Source: Candidatus Latescibacterota bacterium (GTDB lineage Bacteria; Latescibacterota; UBA2968). From it: a stretch of 64,000 nt of DNA. Shown here one piece after another: positions 8,166 through 17,500 of the stretch; within the stretch, counting starts at the first letter, position 1; every line of letters begins with the position of its first letter. Both the position numbers and the translations under genes were made by a program. Where the stretch lies: assembly GCA_022823725.1 (NCBI GenBank), contig JAJEHL010000039.1, positions 7,632-71,631 of the forward strand, in the 5' to 3' direction. A model generated the notes under the pieces. It was given only the letters and a program-made list of their open reading frames with translations, made no database searches and was not told where the DNA came from.

Positions 8166-11156
8166 TTACTTAATTACTGCGGCTTTGATAAATCGCACCT
8201 CTGTGCGCGTGCTATTGCTGGCTTGCAGGCGACAGATATAGAGGCCGCTGGCATAATCGGATATATCCCAGGCGATTTCGTTGTCAGTATTGGGCATGGG
8301 ATTGTTGTGAGTGAGGTCGGCGACTCTTTCACCGAGGGGATTGTAAATGGTCATAGTGATTTCGGCGGGTTCTAACAAAAAAAAGCGAATGCGCGCCCTG
8401 TCGCCATTGCGGATCGGGTTGGGGTAGAGATATGCTCGTGCCGCAGGTAAAAGCGAGGTTTCTGTTGGGGTTGCGATTTCGCCCGGCTGTTGGAGCAATT
8501 TGCCCGTGTTGCCCGGTCCGCCGCCGAGTTGTCCCCAGATAATTTTGTTACCGGTATAAGATGGGTCAATTGTTTCCAGGTGGAAGAGTTGCGCGCTGCC
8601 GTCGGCGGTATAGATAATGAGTTCCAGGGTGCCGTCGTTGTCAAGGTCGTCGATAAGTGGTGATGAGAGAATGGGGCCGGGTACTAACAGAGGGAAGCCC
8701 GGTAGGGAATGTCCTTCGGCGGTCAGACCGTAGAGGAAGCCACCGCGTGTACCCGCGAAAATATCGGGGGTTGTGTCGTTATTGATGTCGGCGAGAATAG
8801 GCGGTGCTTCAATGGGGCCGGCGTCGTCTTTTATCGGGAGGGCGAGTGCGCCTTCGGTTTGCAAGATGGCGTTGAAGCGATAAAGCCAGAGTTTGCCGTT
8901 GCCGCCAAAGAGGACTTCGACAAATCCGTCGCGATCGACGTCGGCTACAACAGGGGGTGAATGCGCGCCGCCGGGTACGGGATCGCTTGTGAAGGCGAGG
9001 CCGTTGGCGTCGAGGATGGAGAGGATACCGTCTGTTGAGATGACTGCAATGTCGTCATTGCCATCGCGGTCGAGGTCGCCTATTGCCGGGCCGCCGATGA
9101 TGGGAGACGCGAATGTGGCGAGTGGATTGGATTGGTTGGTTCTGTGAATGAGGTGGAGCTGAGCACTGCTGGTAATGGCGATGAGTTCATTGTCCGAGTC
9201 GCCGTCGATATTTCCCACGGCGAGCGATTGGATGGCATCGCTCAGGGCGATGCTGCCCGTGGTTTCAGATAGAAGATTACCCCATTCGATTTTTCCATCG
9301 CTCCTTCCCCAGATATCGACATATGTTGTGGGGAATTTTGCAATGACGGGTGTTGAAGAGAAAAATGGATTGATATCGATGGTTTCGTGGACTGTACCAC
9401 TGGGACGCCAGTGCGTTCGGGTTGTTTCTCCGCGATGATAGATGAATCCGGCTATTTCCGGGTCGCCAATTGCAGGGGTTGTCGCAAATGACTCGTCCAG
9501 GCTGTGCTGTGTGCCCGCGATTTTCCACGCGCCAGCACTGTGAAGGATTTCTTTGCTTCCATCTCCGTCGAGGTCGATGACGCGGGGCGACTCCCGTGTG
9601 GGATTCAAGTTTGTAATCGGCCAGTTATCTATCCGATTGGCAAAACGGATAGCAACTGACATTACTTCGCCGTGTGGGCTGAGTACTTCGATAGTTATGC
9701 CGCTTTCATAGCCTGAGTTGCTGCGGGTGTTCGGCGAGGTGTTGGGATCAAATACGGCGTTGTTGCCCACGTAAAAGGCGTCTTCTGGCGCGCCTTCGAT
9801 ACTGCTTAATGAGATGATACCAGCTTGAATGATGCGGCTGGCCGATACATTGCCGATGTCTTGAAGGCCATCGGCTTCCTCGAGGGCAATGCCGCGGCGA
9901 TATTGGGCGGGTGCAATTTTGTAATCGGGATGGCTATTGATGTGTTTTTCTGCATTGCTGGCCCGAATAATCGCATCGTCAATGTGGTAGATGAGAATGC
10001 CCGAGCCGGGTATGAATGCGTCGTAGTCATCTGTGGAAAGCCAGACATTATGAGGGGTAGAAAATTCGATTTGCGGGATGCGATTTTCAATATTGAGGCG
10101 CGAGTAGCGATTTTCAATTAAAAAATATTCTGTGGCGCTGATAGGTACGCGAATAGCCTGCGGAAGATCGGACGCGCTACCGGATGCAGCGATTTCTACG
10201 GTGTCGTTGTGGGTGATCACGAGTGGTTCGAGCCAGCCGAGTTGCATGCGGCACCAGGCGATCATGCGACTGGGCAAGAATCCAATCAAATTTGTGCTGG
10301 CGGGGTCGTTTCTGAGGGGTTGGAGTCCCAGGCGCGCGGCGTCAATTTGATTGTTGGCACCCGTGTCCATCAAACTCCAGTCGCCAATTGCAGGCAGATC
10401 GTTTTCAAAGTCCGAAAGACCGGGCAAGCCGAGTTGCGAGGCAAAAAATCGAGCGATCGTACCGTTGAGACCACCCTGACCATTTGTGCTGATGGCTTCG
10501 GGCAATAGCATGCCCGATGTGACCTGAAAAGCACCGTTGTTGACGGAAATCGCGCCGTCGGCGAGTTCGATGAGGTCGCGTTCAAAAATAAAGGCCGAGG
10601 GTATATCATTGAGTTTTTGACCTGCTTCTCCGCCGAGTCCCGCATGAAATACTGCAAAGGCGCGGTATTTTGAGAAATCTATATTTGCGCCATCTGTGTT
10701 ATCCGCAGCGCGAATACCATCCCGAAAAAGCCGCGTGACGCGCTCATTTATTTCGCGCCTTGTGCGCCCATTGCCGTATTCGATCAAGGGGGTGTCGAGG
10801 ACGTAACTCGCGGTGGAGTCTTGTGGATAGACATCGTATTCGATGGTTAGTTGACCTCGGGATATGTCGCGGTAATAATTGGACAGTGCCTGCAGGTGGG
10901 CTTCAAAATAGGCGCGGTCATGGGGGGGGGCATCAAAGGGGTAGATGCGATCGGGACTTTCGACTGTACTGAGATTGAACGTGCCGTTTCCACTGGTGGT
11001 TTCGTTGTCGGGATCTTCGGGGGGAAAAGAGACGCGCACGGCTAAGACGCGATAGGTTGGGTCAGCTATAATAGGCTGTACAAAAAGGGCTATAAGACAC
11101 AGGAGGATTCCGCATCTGGACAGAAGGGTCATAGTTAAGCGTGTATTCGGTTTCAT
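8166..11156 (-). CDS. large secreted M6 (immune-inhibitor-A)-like domain protein with FG-GAP repeats and T9SS C-terminal sorting domain
   Basis: Signal peptide is present. The segment ...TIARFFASQLGLPGLSDFENDLPAIGDWSLMDTG resembles the M6 HEYGHNLGLPDEY...WSLM region, but with the His/Glu positions substituted. There are at least six FG-GAP-like Ca-binding repeats (IDLDGDGSKEIL, GNIDGDSDNELIAI, GDLDRDGNDDIAVI, ADVDRDGFVEVLF, ADINNDTTPDIFAG, DDLDNDGTLELIIY). The C-terminus LYPNPIRNGDRARIRFFL...TMTIYNPLGERVADL...GLYICRLQA...VRFIKAAVIK fits the T9SS CTD (Por secretion tail). Confidence 0.7.
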   Translation of the reverse strand: MKPNTRLTMTLLSRCGILLCLIALFVQPIIADPTYRVLAVRVSFPPEDPDNETTSGNGTFNLSTVESPDRIYPFDAPPHDRAYFEAHLQALSNYYRDISRGQLTIEYDVYPQDSTASYVLDTPLIEYGNGRTRREINERVTRLFRDGIRAADNTDGANIDFSKYRAFAVFHAGLGGEAGQKLNDIPSAFIFERDLIELADGAISVNNGAFQVTSGMLLPEAISTNGQGGLNGTIARFFASQLGLPGLSDFENDLPAIGDWSLMDTGANNQIDAARLGLQPLRNDPASTNLIGFLPSRMIAWCRMQLGWLEPLVITHNDTVEIAASGSASDLPQAIRVPISATEYFLIENRYSRLNIENRIPQIEFSTPHNVWLSTDDYDAFIPGSGILIYHIDDAIIRASNAEKHINSHPDYKIAPAQYRRGIALEEADGLQDIGNVSASRIIQAGIISLSSIEGAPEDAFYVGNNAVFDPNTSPNTRSNSGYESGITIEVLSPHGEVMSVAIRFANRIDNWPITNLNPTRESPRVIDLDGDGSKEILHSAGAWKIAGTQHSLDESFATTPAIGDPEIAGFIYHRGETTRTHWRPSGTVHETIDINPFFSSTPVIAKFPTTYVDIWGRSDGKIEWGNLLSETTGSIALSDAIQSLAVGNIDGDSDNELIAITSSAQLHLIHRTNQSNPLATFASPIIGGPAIGDLDRDGNDDIAVISTDGILSILDANGLAFTSDPVPGGAHSPPVVADVDRDGFVEVLFGGNGKLWLYRFNAILQTEGALALPIKDDAGPIEAPPILADINNDTTPDIFAGTRGGFLYGLTAEGHSLPGFPLLVPGPILSSPLIDDLDNDGTLELIIYTADGSAQLFHLETIDPSYTGNKIIWGQLGGGPGNTGKLLQQPGEIATPTETSLLPAARAYLYPNPIRNGDRARIRFFLLEPAEITMTIYNPLGERVADLTHNNPMPNTDNEIAWDISDYASGLYICRLQASNSTRTEVRFIKAAVIK

Positions 11157-11165
11157 AATGCGAGA

Positions 11166-12512
11166 TCAGTGAGAATAGCTGATGCGATAGATCAGGCCGG
11201 CCTGGTCGTCCGATACGAGCAGGGAACCGTCGGGCATGACGAGTACATCGACTGGCCTGCCCCAGTTCGATTCGCCCTGCAGCCAGCCTTTTGCGAATGG
11301 CTCATAGCTGACTGCCTCGTTGCCATTCAGGCGCACCAGGGTGACGCGGTAGCCGATCTTGCTGCTGCGATTCCAGGATCCGTGTTCGGCGATAAAGATC
11401 TGATTGCGGTACTCCTCTGGAAACATGTCGCCAGTGTAGAAGCGCATTCCCAGAGCCGCTACGTGTGGGCCGAGTTCCTGGACCGGCGCGACGAACTCGC
11501 CGCAGCTACGCTGATCGCCGAATACAGGATCGGCGATGTTGGTGCCGTGGCAGTAGGGATAGCCGAAGTGCTGTCCATTGACGGTTATTCTGTTCAGTTC
11601 GTCCGGTGGCACATCGTCGCCCATTCTGTCTCTTCCGTTGTCCGTGAACCACAGTTCGCCCGTTTCCGGATGCCAATCGAAACCGACGGTGTTGCGAATG
11701 CCTCGCGCTATGATGCCGAAGTTGCCATTGGTGTCCAATCTTCCGATTGAGGCGTACGGATCGCCGCGATTGCAGATGTTGCACGGCGCGCCGACGGGTA
11801 CGTACAGCAAACCGTCGGGGCCAAAGCGGATGAACTTCCAGCCGTGCGATCGATTCGTGGGAAAAGTGTCGTTGACGATTTCCGGCTGTGGCGGGTTGTC
11901 GAGTTGTGCTTCGATGTTGCGATAGCGCAGGATGCGGTTGATTTCGGCTACGTACAGGTCGCCGTTCTTGAAGGCGACGCCGTTGGGGTTGTTCATGCCG
12001 CGGGCGAGGATGATGACTCGTTCTGCTTTGTGGTCGCCATCTTCGTCGCGTAGTGCGTACACGCGGCCACTGGGGCGAGTGCCGACAAAGAGGGTGCCGT
12101 GTGGACTGAGGCTCATTGAGCGAGCACCCGTTATCCCTTCGGCGTATATGTGAATGTGGAATCCTTCAGGTAGTTCAATTCGCGTCAGGCGTGGATCGCT
12201 GGGTGGTTGTGGTGCCGTTGATGATGCCGCAAAGCTATTGACAAATAGCAGAAAATCGTCAAATGCAATCTCGCCATTCCCATCCAGGTCGTATTTCGCA
12301 TCGTACCGCTCTTGGCCGGCTTGAGATCCGAATGCGGTGACAAATAGCAAAAAGTCGGGAAAATCGACAACACCATTGCCATTAAAGTCCGAAGAAGGGG
12401 GACTGCTATTTTGAGAAAAAAGAGGCGAAAGCAAGAGTGTGAAGTTCAGCAAACTGGCGGTGCCGAGCGCGAGAAGGCGAGGTCTGGCATTGTATCTCAA
12501 GAGATTTAGCAT
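11166..12512 (-). CDS. PQQ-dependent soluble aldose/sorbosone dehydrogenase (GSDH family) with N-terminal dockerin-like repeat pair
   Basis: A signal peptide is followed by DFNGNGVVDFPDFLLFVTAFG and DLDGNGEIAFDDFLLFVNSFAA (dockerin/EF-hand pattern). The body matches GSDH/YliI-type beta-propeller dehydrogenases (...RNTVGFDWHPETGELWFTDNGRDRMGDDVPPDELNRITVNGQHFGYPYCHG...). Confidence 0.7.
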   Translation of the reverse strand: MLNLLRYNARPRLLALGTASLLNFTLLLSPLFSQNSSPPSSDFNGNGVVDFPDFLLFVTAFGSQAGQERYDAKYDLDGNGEIAFDDFLLFVNSFAASSTAPQPPSDPRLTRIELPEGFHIHIYAEGITGARSMSLSPHGTLFVGTRPSGRVYALRDEDGDHKAERVIILARGMNNPNGVAFKNGDLYVAEINRILRYRNIEAQLDNPPQPEIVNDTFPTNRSHGWKFIRFGPDGLLYVPVGAPCNICNRGDPYASIGRLDTNGNFGIIARGIRNTVGFDWHPETGELWFTDNGRDRMGDDVPPDELNRITVNGQHFGYPYCHGTNIADPVFGDQRSCGEFVAPVQELGPHVAALGMRFYTGDMFPEEYRNQIFIAEHGSWNRSSKIGYRVTLVRLNGNEAVSYEPFAKGWLQGESNWGRPVDVLVMPDGSLLVSDDQAGLIYRISYSH

Positions 12513-12569
12513 TGTATTTCAACTGATGTCTTCGTCGCAAGGAGAATCAGTTTGCTGAACTTGCGAGGA

Positions 12570-13634
12570 TTAAAATATAAATCCACCCGTAAAGCGGAAT
12601 GTATTGCTGGCAGGCGTATCTTCCGTCGGCACAAAATACGAGATATCGAAATTTGCCCAGTTGTATTTTAAACCCAGCCCAAAGGTGGGAAAGTTGCGTT
12701 TGCCATCCTTGTCGTAGGAATAGCCACTGCGCAGGGCAAAAGACGAATCTTCAGATAGCTGGTACATCCATTCGGCACCTACGCGGTAATCTATATCGTC
12801 AAATTCCGTAAAACCGTTTCCGCCCGGATTGGGCTTCCAGCCAAAGGTGTCGTCGTGCCAGCCAGAAATAAAGGAAAAGAAATTATCAGAGGCGAGAGGT
12901 TTGTAAATATCTGTGGTGAGCATCAGGGAAGACGAGTTGTTTTTCATCACTTTGTATGCGATGCCAAAAACGAAATTTTGCGGCAGCGGATCTGCCTGGT
13001 CGGCATCGATAAAGGTCATGTTTGGGCCAACATTGCGCAATACGCTACCGAAGCTAAGCCGATCTGTGGCGGCCCACATGAGACCTATGTCTCCGGCAAA
13101 AGAAGTCGCAGTGCCTTTGCCTTGCTCAATGCCCGCACCTGCGTCGGAGAGGTTTTCATGGATAAACTTAACCGTGATGCCCAGTGCCAGATTTTTGAAG
13201 AGATGCGTGCCATAAGATACACCCAGGGCCATGCCGTAGCTTTTAAATGTACCTAAAAGATTTCCCTCTTCATCGGTGCGTTGTTGTTCGCCCAAAGAAC
13301 TATAAATGAGGCTATATCCCAAATTGCCAATGCCACTAAAGGGATGTGTATAAGCACCGAATGACGAAAAGATGTCGCCGGCCAGTCGGGGAACAGGTTT
13401 GTACAGAGTGGTGCTGAGACTGTGAATTTGTAATGAAGCCAGTGCGGCGGGGTTGTAGTACGTGGCATTTGCGTCATTGGCAATAGCGACATAAGCATTG
13501 CCCATGCCCGCTGCACGGGCCGATGGCGCGAACAACAGAAAATTGGCTGCGGCATGGCTTTCGGGCGTTGCATAAACTGGCGTGCTGAGCAGGCCAATGC
13601 CAAGCGCAAATAGGGTGAGAAGACGGTATTTCAT
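12570..13634 (-). CDS. FadL-like outer-membrane beta-barrel, PorV/PorQ-family candidate (T9SS-associated)
   Basis: Signal peptide LFALGIGLLSTPVYA. The N-terminal hatch motif SARAAGMGNAYVAIANDANATYYNPAALA is typical of PorV/PorQ/FadL-like proteins. It is beta-strand-rich throughout, ends ...FTGGFIF with a terminal Phe, and is the first gene of the operon containing a T9SS cargo. Confidence 0.5.
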   Translation of the reverse strand: MKYRLLTLFALGIGLLSTPVYATPESHAAANFLLFAPSARAAGMGNAYVAIANDANATYYNPAALASLQIHSLSTTLYKPVPRLAGDIFSSFGAYTHPFSGIGNLGYSLIYSSLGEQQRTDEEGNLLGTFKSYGMALGVSYGTHLFKNLALGITVKFIHENLSDAGAGIEQGKGTATSFAGDIGLMWAATDRLSFGSVLRNVGPNMTFIDADQADPLPQNFVFGIAYKVMKNNSSSLMLTTDIYKPLASDNFFSFISGWHDDTFGWKPNPGGNGFTEFDDIDYRVGAEWMYQLSEDSSFALRSGYSYDKDGKRNFPTFGLGLKYNWANFDISYFVPTEDTPASNTFRFTGGFIF

Positions 13635-13929
13635 TGGGGCTCTCCTTTATGGAATTGGCCGGGAAGCTTGCAAAACATAAAAAAACCCGGCCGTGAGCGC
13701 GTGTGAACGCGCCACCAACCGGGGGGCATTCTAACATCGCGCGCTAAAGCAAGCACATCTCGAATATCGGACAAGATTTTACTGATGCAAAAAAACAGCG
13801 CTTTAGCGGTGATGCGATAGATAAATTTCCTGATTAATGGTGAGATAAGATCAAAAAAACCGCTTGTTTGAGACTCGCGTGTTGCCTATTTTCAGATCAC
13901 GAATTTTTGATTGATGAAAGGGAAGAACC

Positions 13930-14193
13930 GTGATTGACCGAGACTTACTCGATATTTTGGCCTGTCCAGAGAACAAAATGCCCGTAAAATTGGCCGATCA
14001 ACCGCTGATAGACGCCATCAACAGTGCGATTGCAAAAGGCGAGGTTAAAAACCGAGGCGGACAAAAAATTGAACAGCCAATTGATGGAGGCCTGGTGCGG
14101 GAAGATTACATCTGTTTATATCCCATTCAGGACGCGATTCCCATTATGTTGATCGACGAATCCATCCCAATAGAAAAATTCGCGGCTCAATAG
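13930..14193 (+). CDS. Trm112-family small protein (UPF0434/DUF343)
   Basis: MIDRDLLDILACPENKMPVKL... carries the LLDILACP...C-less Trm112-like motif. It is small (87 aa) and stand-alone. Confidence 0.6.
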   Translation: MIDRDLLDILACPENKMPVKLADQPLIDAINSAIAKGEVKNRGGQKIEQPIDGGLVREDYICLYPIQDAIPIMLIDESIPIEKFAAQ

Positions 14194-14346
14194 CTTTTTC
14201 CTCATTTTTAAAGTATTTTAAAACTTCAGCAAATCCTTCCCATGTGTCAAGCCTTTTTTGTTCGGTTTAGACGTTTCCACATGCAGCGGGTTCCGTATTT
14301 TTTAAAATTTATATAATATATAATATTTGGTCACACGTGGGTCGTT

Positions 14347-15807
14347 ATGCGGCAAAATATCTGGATCGCGTTCGTGTTTGGGGTTTTGGCCTGTGGTGGA
14401 GGAGATGAGGCGACAAAATTAGATGTAACGGCGTTGGATGGCGGAAGAATAAGCTGGCGGACATGGAGCCAAAGGGATTCCGCCCGAATCCTCGGGCGCC
14501 CCATCTTGTTGTTTTTGTACACGCAGCGGTCGGTTTGGTGCCGAGATCTCGTAGTGCGGTGTTTTGAAGATCCAGAAATTGCGCGAGCGATTACCCGTTA
14601 CACTTTGCCGATATGGATTGATGCCGATCAACGGCCCGATTTGTTTGAGCGTTTTGGTCTGGGCGGGGTCCCATCGCTCGCTTTTTTGACACCTGATGGA
14701 CAGTGGATTACAGGCAGCACCTATCTCGACCCCGGGGATATGACGGATCTGTTGCGGTGGGTGCAAATTTTGTACGACAATCCCGATAGACTCGTCAGGC
14801 TCGAGGTGCAGCGGGCAGAATTGATGCGGCGAGCAGAACGCGATAAAAAGAAAAATCCGCGCCCTCGTATCAATCCCAGTGCAGCGCTTTTGCACCGGGT
14901 GCGCGATAGTTTGAAATCGGTGGTAAAAAGCGGTTTTGATCCAGGTCCCGAAGGTCTTCTCGCGCTTGCAGAAGCGGGTATTGACTCGCCTTTGATCAAT
15001 TTTGTACACAGCGCAGGGCGCGATACAGATGGCGTTTATGTGTTGGGGGTATTAACACATCGCGGGCCTGTGATTGATGCAGAAAAACACATGGCGGTCA
15101 ATGCTCAATTATTGCGGGCATTTGCACAGGTAAATTTGTCCCGCGATCTGGCCGATGCAATGCTCGAACAATTTGCCGTATCTGGCGATGGTTTGTTGTG
15201 TGCCGGGCTGACGGGTTTTCGAGATCAGGCGGGAAATATATTGCGGGATGCAGAGGTTTATTCGGGCTGGAATGCACTGGCAGTTTCGGGTTTATGCGCG
15301 GCGTTTCTCGAAACTCGAGAGGCGCGTTTTTTAGATGCTGGGCGGCAAATTTTTGAAGCGATTAAGACGCATTTTGTGCAGGAAGATAGCCTGTTTGCCC
15401 ACGCGCGATCTCTGAGTACACCCCATTTTTTGATAGATCAGGTTTTAATCATTCGCGCTGCTCTCGATTTGTTTGAGGTGCAAGAACTCGAGGCCGATTT
15501 GTTATTTGCGCGAGCGCATGCAGATCGGGTTATGACAGCTTTTGCCGATTCTTCGGGCGCTTTGAGAGACCGAACGCCGGAGGCAGAGGTCTCGAACTCA
15601 TCCGCTATTGATCGGTGGTTGCCTTCGGGAAATGGTGTGGCGGCGCAGGTTTTAATACGGCTTTTTGCGCATACGAAAATGCCGCGCTATCGAGATCGCG
15701 CAGAGATAATTTTGACAGTTCTGGTTGGACCCAATATAGATCGTATCGGATATGCTGGCGCGCTGAATCGCGCATTGGCATTATTTGTTCGAGAAAGCGA
15801 AAACTAA
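14347..15807 (+). CDS. thioredoxin-domain lipoprotein, DUF255/YyaL-like (thioredoxin fold + six-hairpin glycosidase-like domain)
   Basis: Lipobox VFGVLACGG. The N-terminal thioredoxin-like region (...LLFLYTQRSVWCRDL...IWIDADQRPDLFERFGLGGVPSLAFLTPDG...) is followed by an alpha-helical domain typical of DUF255 proteins. Confidence 0.5.
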   Translation: MRQNIWIAFVFGVLACGGGDEATKLDVTALDGGRISWRTWSQRDSARILGRPILLFLYTQRSVWCRDLVVRCFEDPEIARAITRYTLPIWIDADQRPDLFERFGLGGVPSLAFLTPDGQWITGSTYLDPGDMTDLLRWVQILYDNPDRLVRLEVQRAELMRRAERDKKKNPRPRINPSAALLHRVRDSLKSVVKSGFDPGPEGLLALAEAGIDSPLINFVHSAGRDTDGVYVLGVLTHRGPVIDAEKHMAVNAQLLRAFAQVNLSRDLADAMLEQFAVSGDGLLCAGLTGFRDQAGNILRDAEVYSGWNALAVSGLCAAFLETREARFLDAGRQIFEAIKTHFVQEDSLFAHARSLSTPHFLIDQVLIIRAALDLFEVQELEADLLFARAHADRVMTAFADSSGALRDRTPEAEVSNSSAIDRWLPSGNGVAAQVLIRLFAHTKMPRYRDRAEIILTVLVGPNIDRIGYAGALNRALALFVRESEN

Positions 15808-16703
15808 TGGCTAATAATCGGTTGCTCATTGTCGGTGCATCGGGCTTTTTGGGGCACGCACTTTGCGATGTATCCGGTGGTGACTGGGAGCGAGTACCTG
15901 TGTCGCGTAGTGGCTCAAGGGGTCATCTTGTCGTAGATTTAACACGGCCCGATTTGGTGCACGAGGTGGTAGCGCAGGTGCGCCCTCAGTGGGTGATCAA
16001 TTCAGCAGCTATGACAAGCGTTGATGGATGTGAGCGAAATCCCGCGCTTGCGCGTGCGATACACGTTGATGGAACGCACAATTTGGTTCAAGCGTGTGAA
16101 CGGGTTGGATGCGGTCTGGTGAACTTATCGACCAATTATGTGTTTGATGGAAAGAAAGGGCCTTTTGCCGAGGCTGATGAAGCACATCCAGTGAATGTGT
16201 ATGGACAGACCAAGTTAGAAAGCGAAGTTGTTGTGTTGAATGCACTTTGTCCCGGCATTGTAGTGCGAACGGCGGTGTTGTACGGTTTTCGCCCGTCTTG
16301 TCGGCCCAATTTTGTGACCTGGGCCATTTCATCGCTGGCGGGGCGCGAGGCGATTCGCGTGGTGACAGACGAGTGGACAAATCCGACTTTTGTCGATGAA
16401 CTCGCCGCATTTATATTAAAATTGTGCCGCACGGACTTTCGCGGTGTGGTGCATTTTGGTGGGGCGGATTTTTTGACGCGCTTTGAAATGGTCGAGCGGA
16501 TTTGTACGGTGATGGGGCTTGACCTTTCGCTGGTGTCTGCCGCAACATCTGCAGAATTTGGACGGGCCGCACAGCGGCCGCCGCGAGCCGGGTTGACAAC
16601 CGCACTTGCCAGGACATTATGTGATATTGCGCCTGCCTCTTTTGAACATAACTTGAGGCAATTAAAGAACGTCTTTCACAGGATTGTTAATACCCATGTC
16701 TGA
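15807..16703 (+). CDS. rmlD: dTDP-4-dehydrorhamnose reductase (RmlD-like NAD(P)-dependent epimerase/reductase)
   Basis: MANNRLLIVGASGFLGHAL... matches the Rossmann GxxGxxG, and ...VINSAAMTSVDGCERNPALARAIHVDGTHNLV...NYVFDGKKGPFAEADEAHPVNVYGQTKLESE matches the RmlD substrate-binding domain. The ATG at 15807 overlaps the upstream TAA. Confidence 0.7.
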   Translation: MANNRLLIVGASGFLGHALCDVSGGDWERVPVSRSGSRGHLVVDLTRPDLVHEVVAQVRPQWVINSAAMTSVDGCERNPALARAIHVDGTHNLVQACERVGCGLVNLSTNYVFDGKKGPFAEADEAHPVNVYGQTKLESEVVVLNALCPGIVVRTAVLYGFRPSCRPNFVTWAISSLAGREAIRVVTDEWTNPTFVDELAAFILKLCRTDFRGVVHFGGADFLTRFEMVERICTVMGLDLSLVSAATSAEFGRAAQRPPRAGLTTALARTLCDIAPASFEHNLRQLKNVFHRIVNTHV

Positions 16704-17415
16704 TAATACACTCCGCATTTCTCTGATTACGCCCACCTATAACGAGCGCGAGAATATTTCCTTATTGGTCGAAGAAATATTTGACGTTCTGAAAGACTAT
16801 TCCGACATTGATCTCGAATTGATTGTGGTTGATGACAATTCGCCCGACGGTACGGGAGAGGTTGCCGAATCACTCGTGGATCGCTATCCGGTGCAGGTGG
16901 TTCACCGCGCCGGGAAATTGGGATTGGGCAGTGCTGTGATGGCCGGGTTTGAGCGGGCAGAGCGGGATCTGTTGGGGGTGATTGATGCCGATTTGAGCCA
17001 CGATCCCATTGTTTTGCCTCAGCTCATTTACGGGTTGCGGGATCACGATCTGGCTATTGGTAGTCGATTTGATTCGGATAGTCGCGTCGAAAAATGGGCC
17101 TGGTACCGCAAGTTTATTTCTCAATTGGGGGTGTTTCTCGCACGGCAGTTAACCGGCGTACAAGACCCACTGGCGGGCTATTTTTTCTTGCATCGGCGCG
17201 TTATTAAAGATATGGTATTGACTTCACCGGGGTATAAAATTTTGCTGGAGATTCTGGTCAAGGGGCATTATAAGTCTTTTATAGAGGTCCCCTTCGTGTT
17301 TCGCAACCGGCAACACAGCAGCAGCAAATTGAACTGGACTGAGTATTATTTGTTTCTCAAGCAATTGTTGACATTCTATTTTTTGCGAAAAAAGACCAAC
17401 GCCGATAATAAATAA
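16696..17415 (+). CDS. GT2 polyprenol-phosphate mannosyl/glycosyltransferase (Dpm1-like)
   Basis: ISLITPTYNERENI...ELIVVDDNSPDGTGEVAESL...GSRF... matches the dolichol-phosphate mannosyltransferase-like GT2 family. The start overlaps the rmlD stop by 8 nt. Confidence 0.75.
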   Translation: MSDNTLRISLITPTYNERENISLLVEEIFDVLKDYSDIDLELIVVDDNSPDGTGEVAESLVDRYPVQVVHRAGKLGLGSAVMAGFERAERDLLGVIDADLSHDPIVLPQLIYGLRDHDLAIGSRFDSDSRVEKWAWYRKFISQLGVFLARQLTGVQDPLAGYFFLHRRVIKDMVLTSPGYKILLEILVKGHYKSFIEVPFVFRNRQHSSSKLNWTEYYLFLKQLLTFYFLRKKTNADNK

Positions 17416-17500
17416 GTCTGGTATTTTGGCTTGACAGAGGGGCAATAGGCTTTTATGTTGAGCATTGATTTGTGCAATTTTTTTGTAACTGGAGGCGTTT

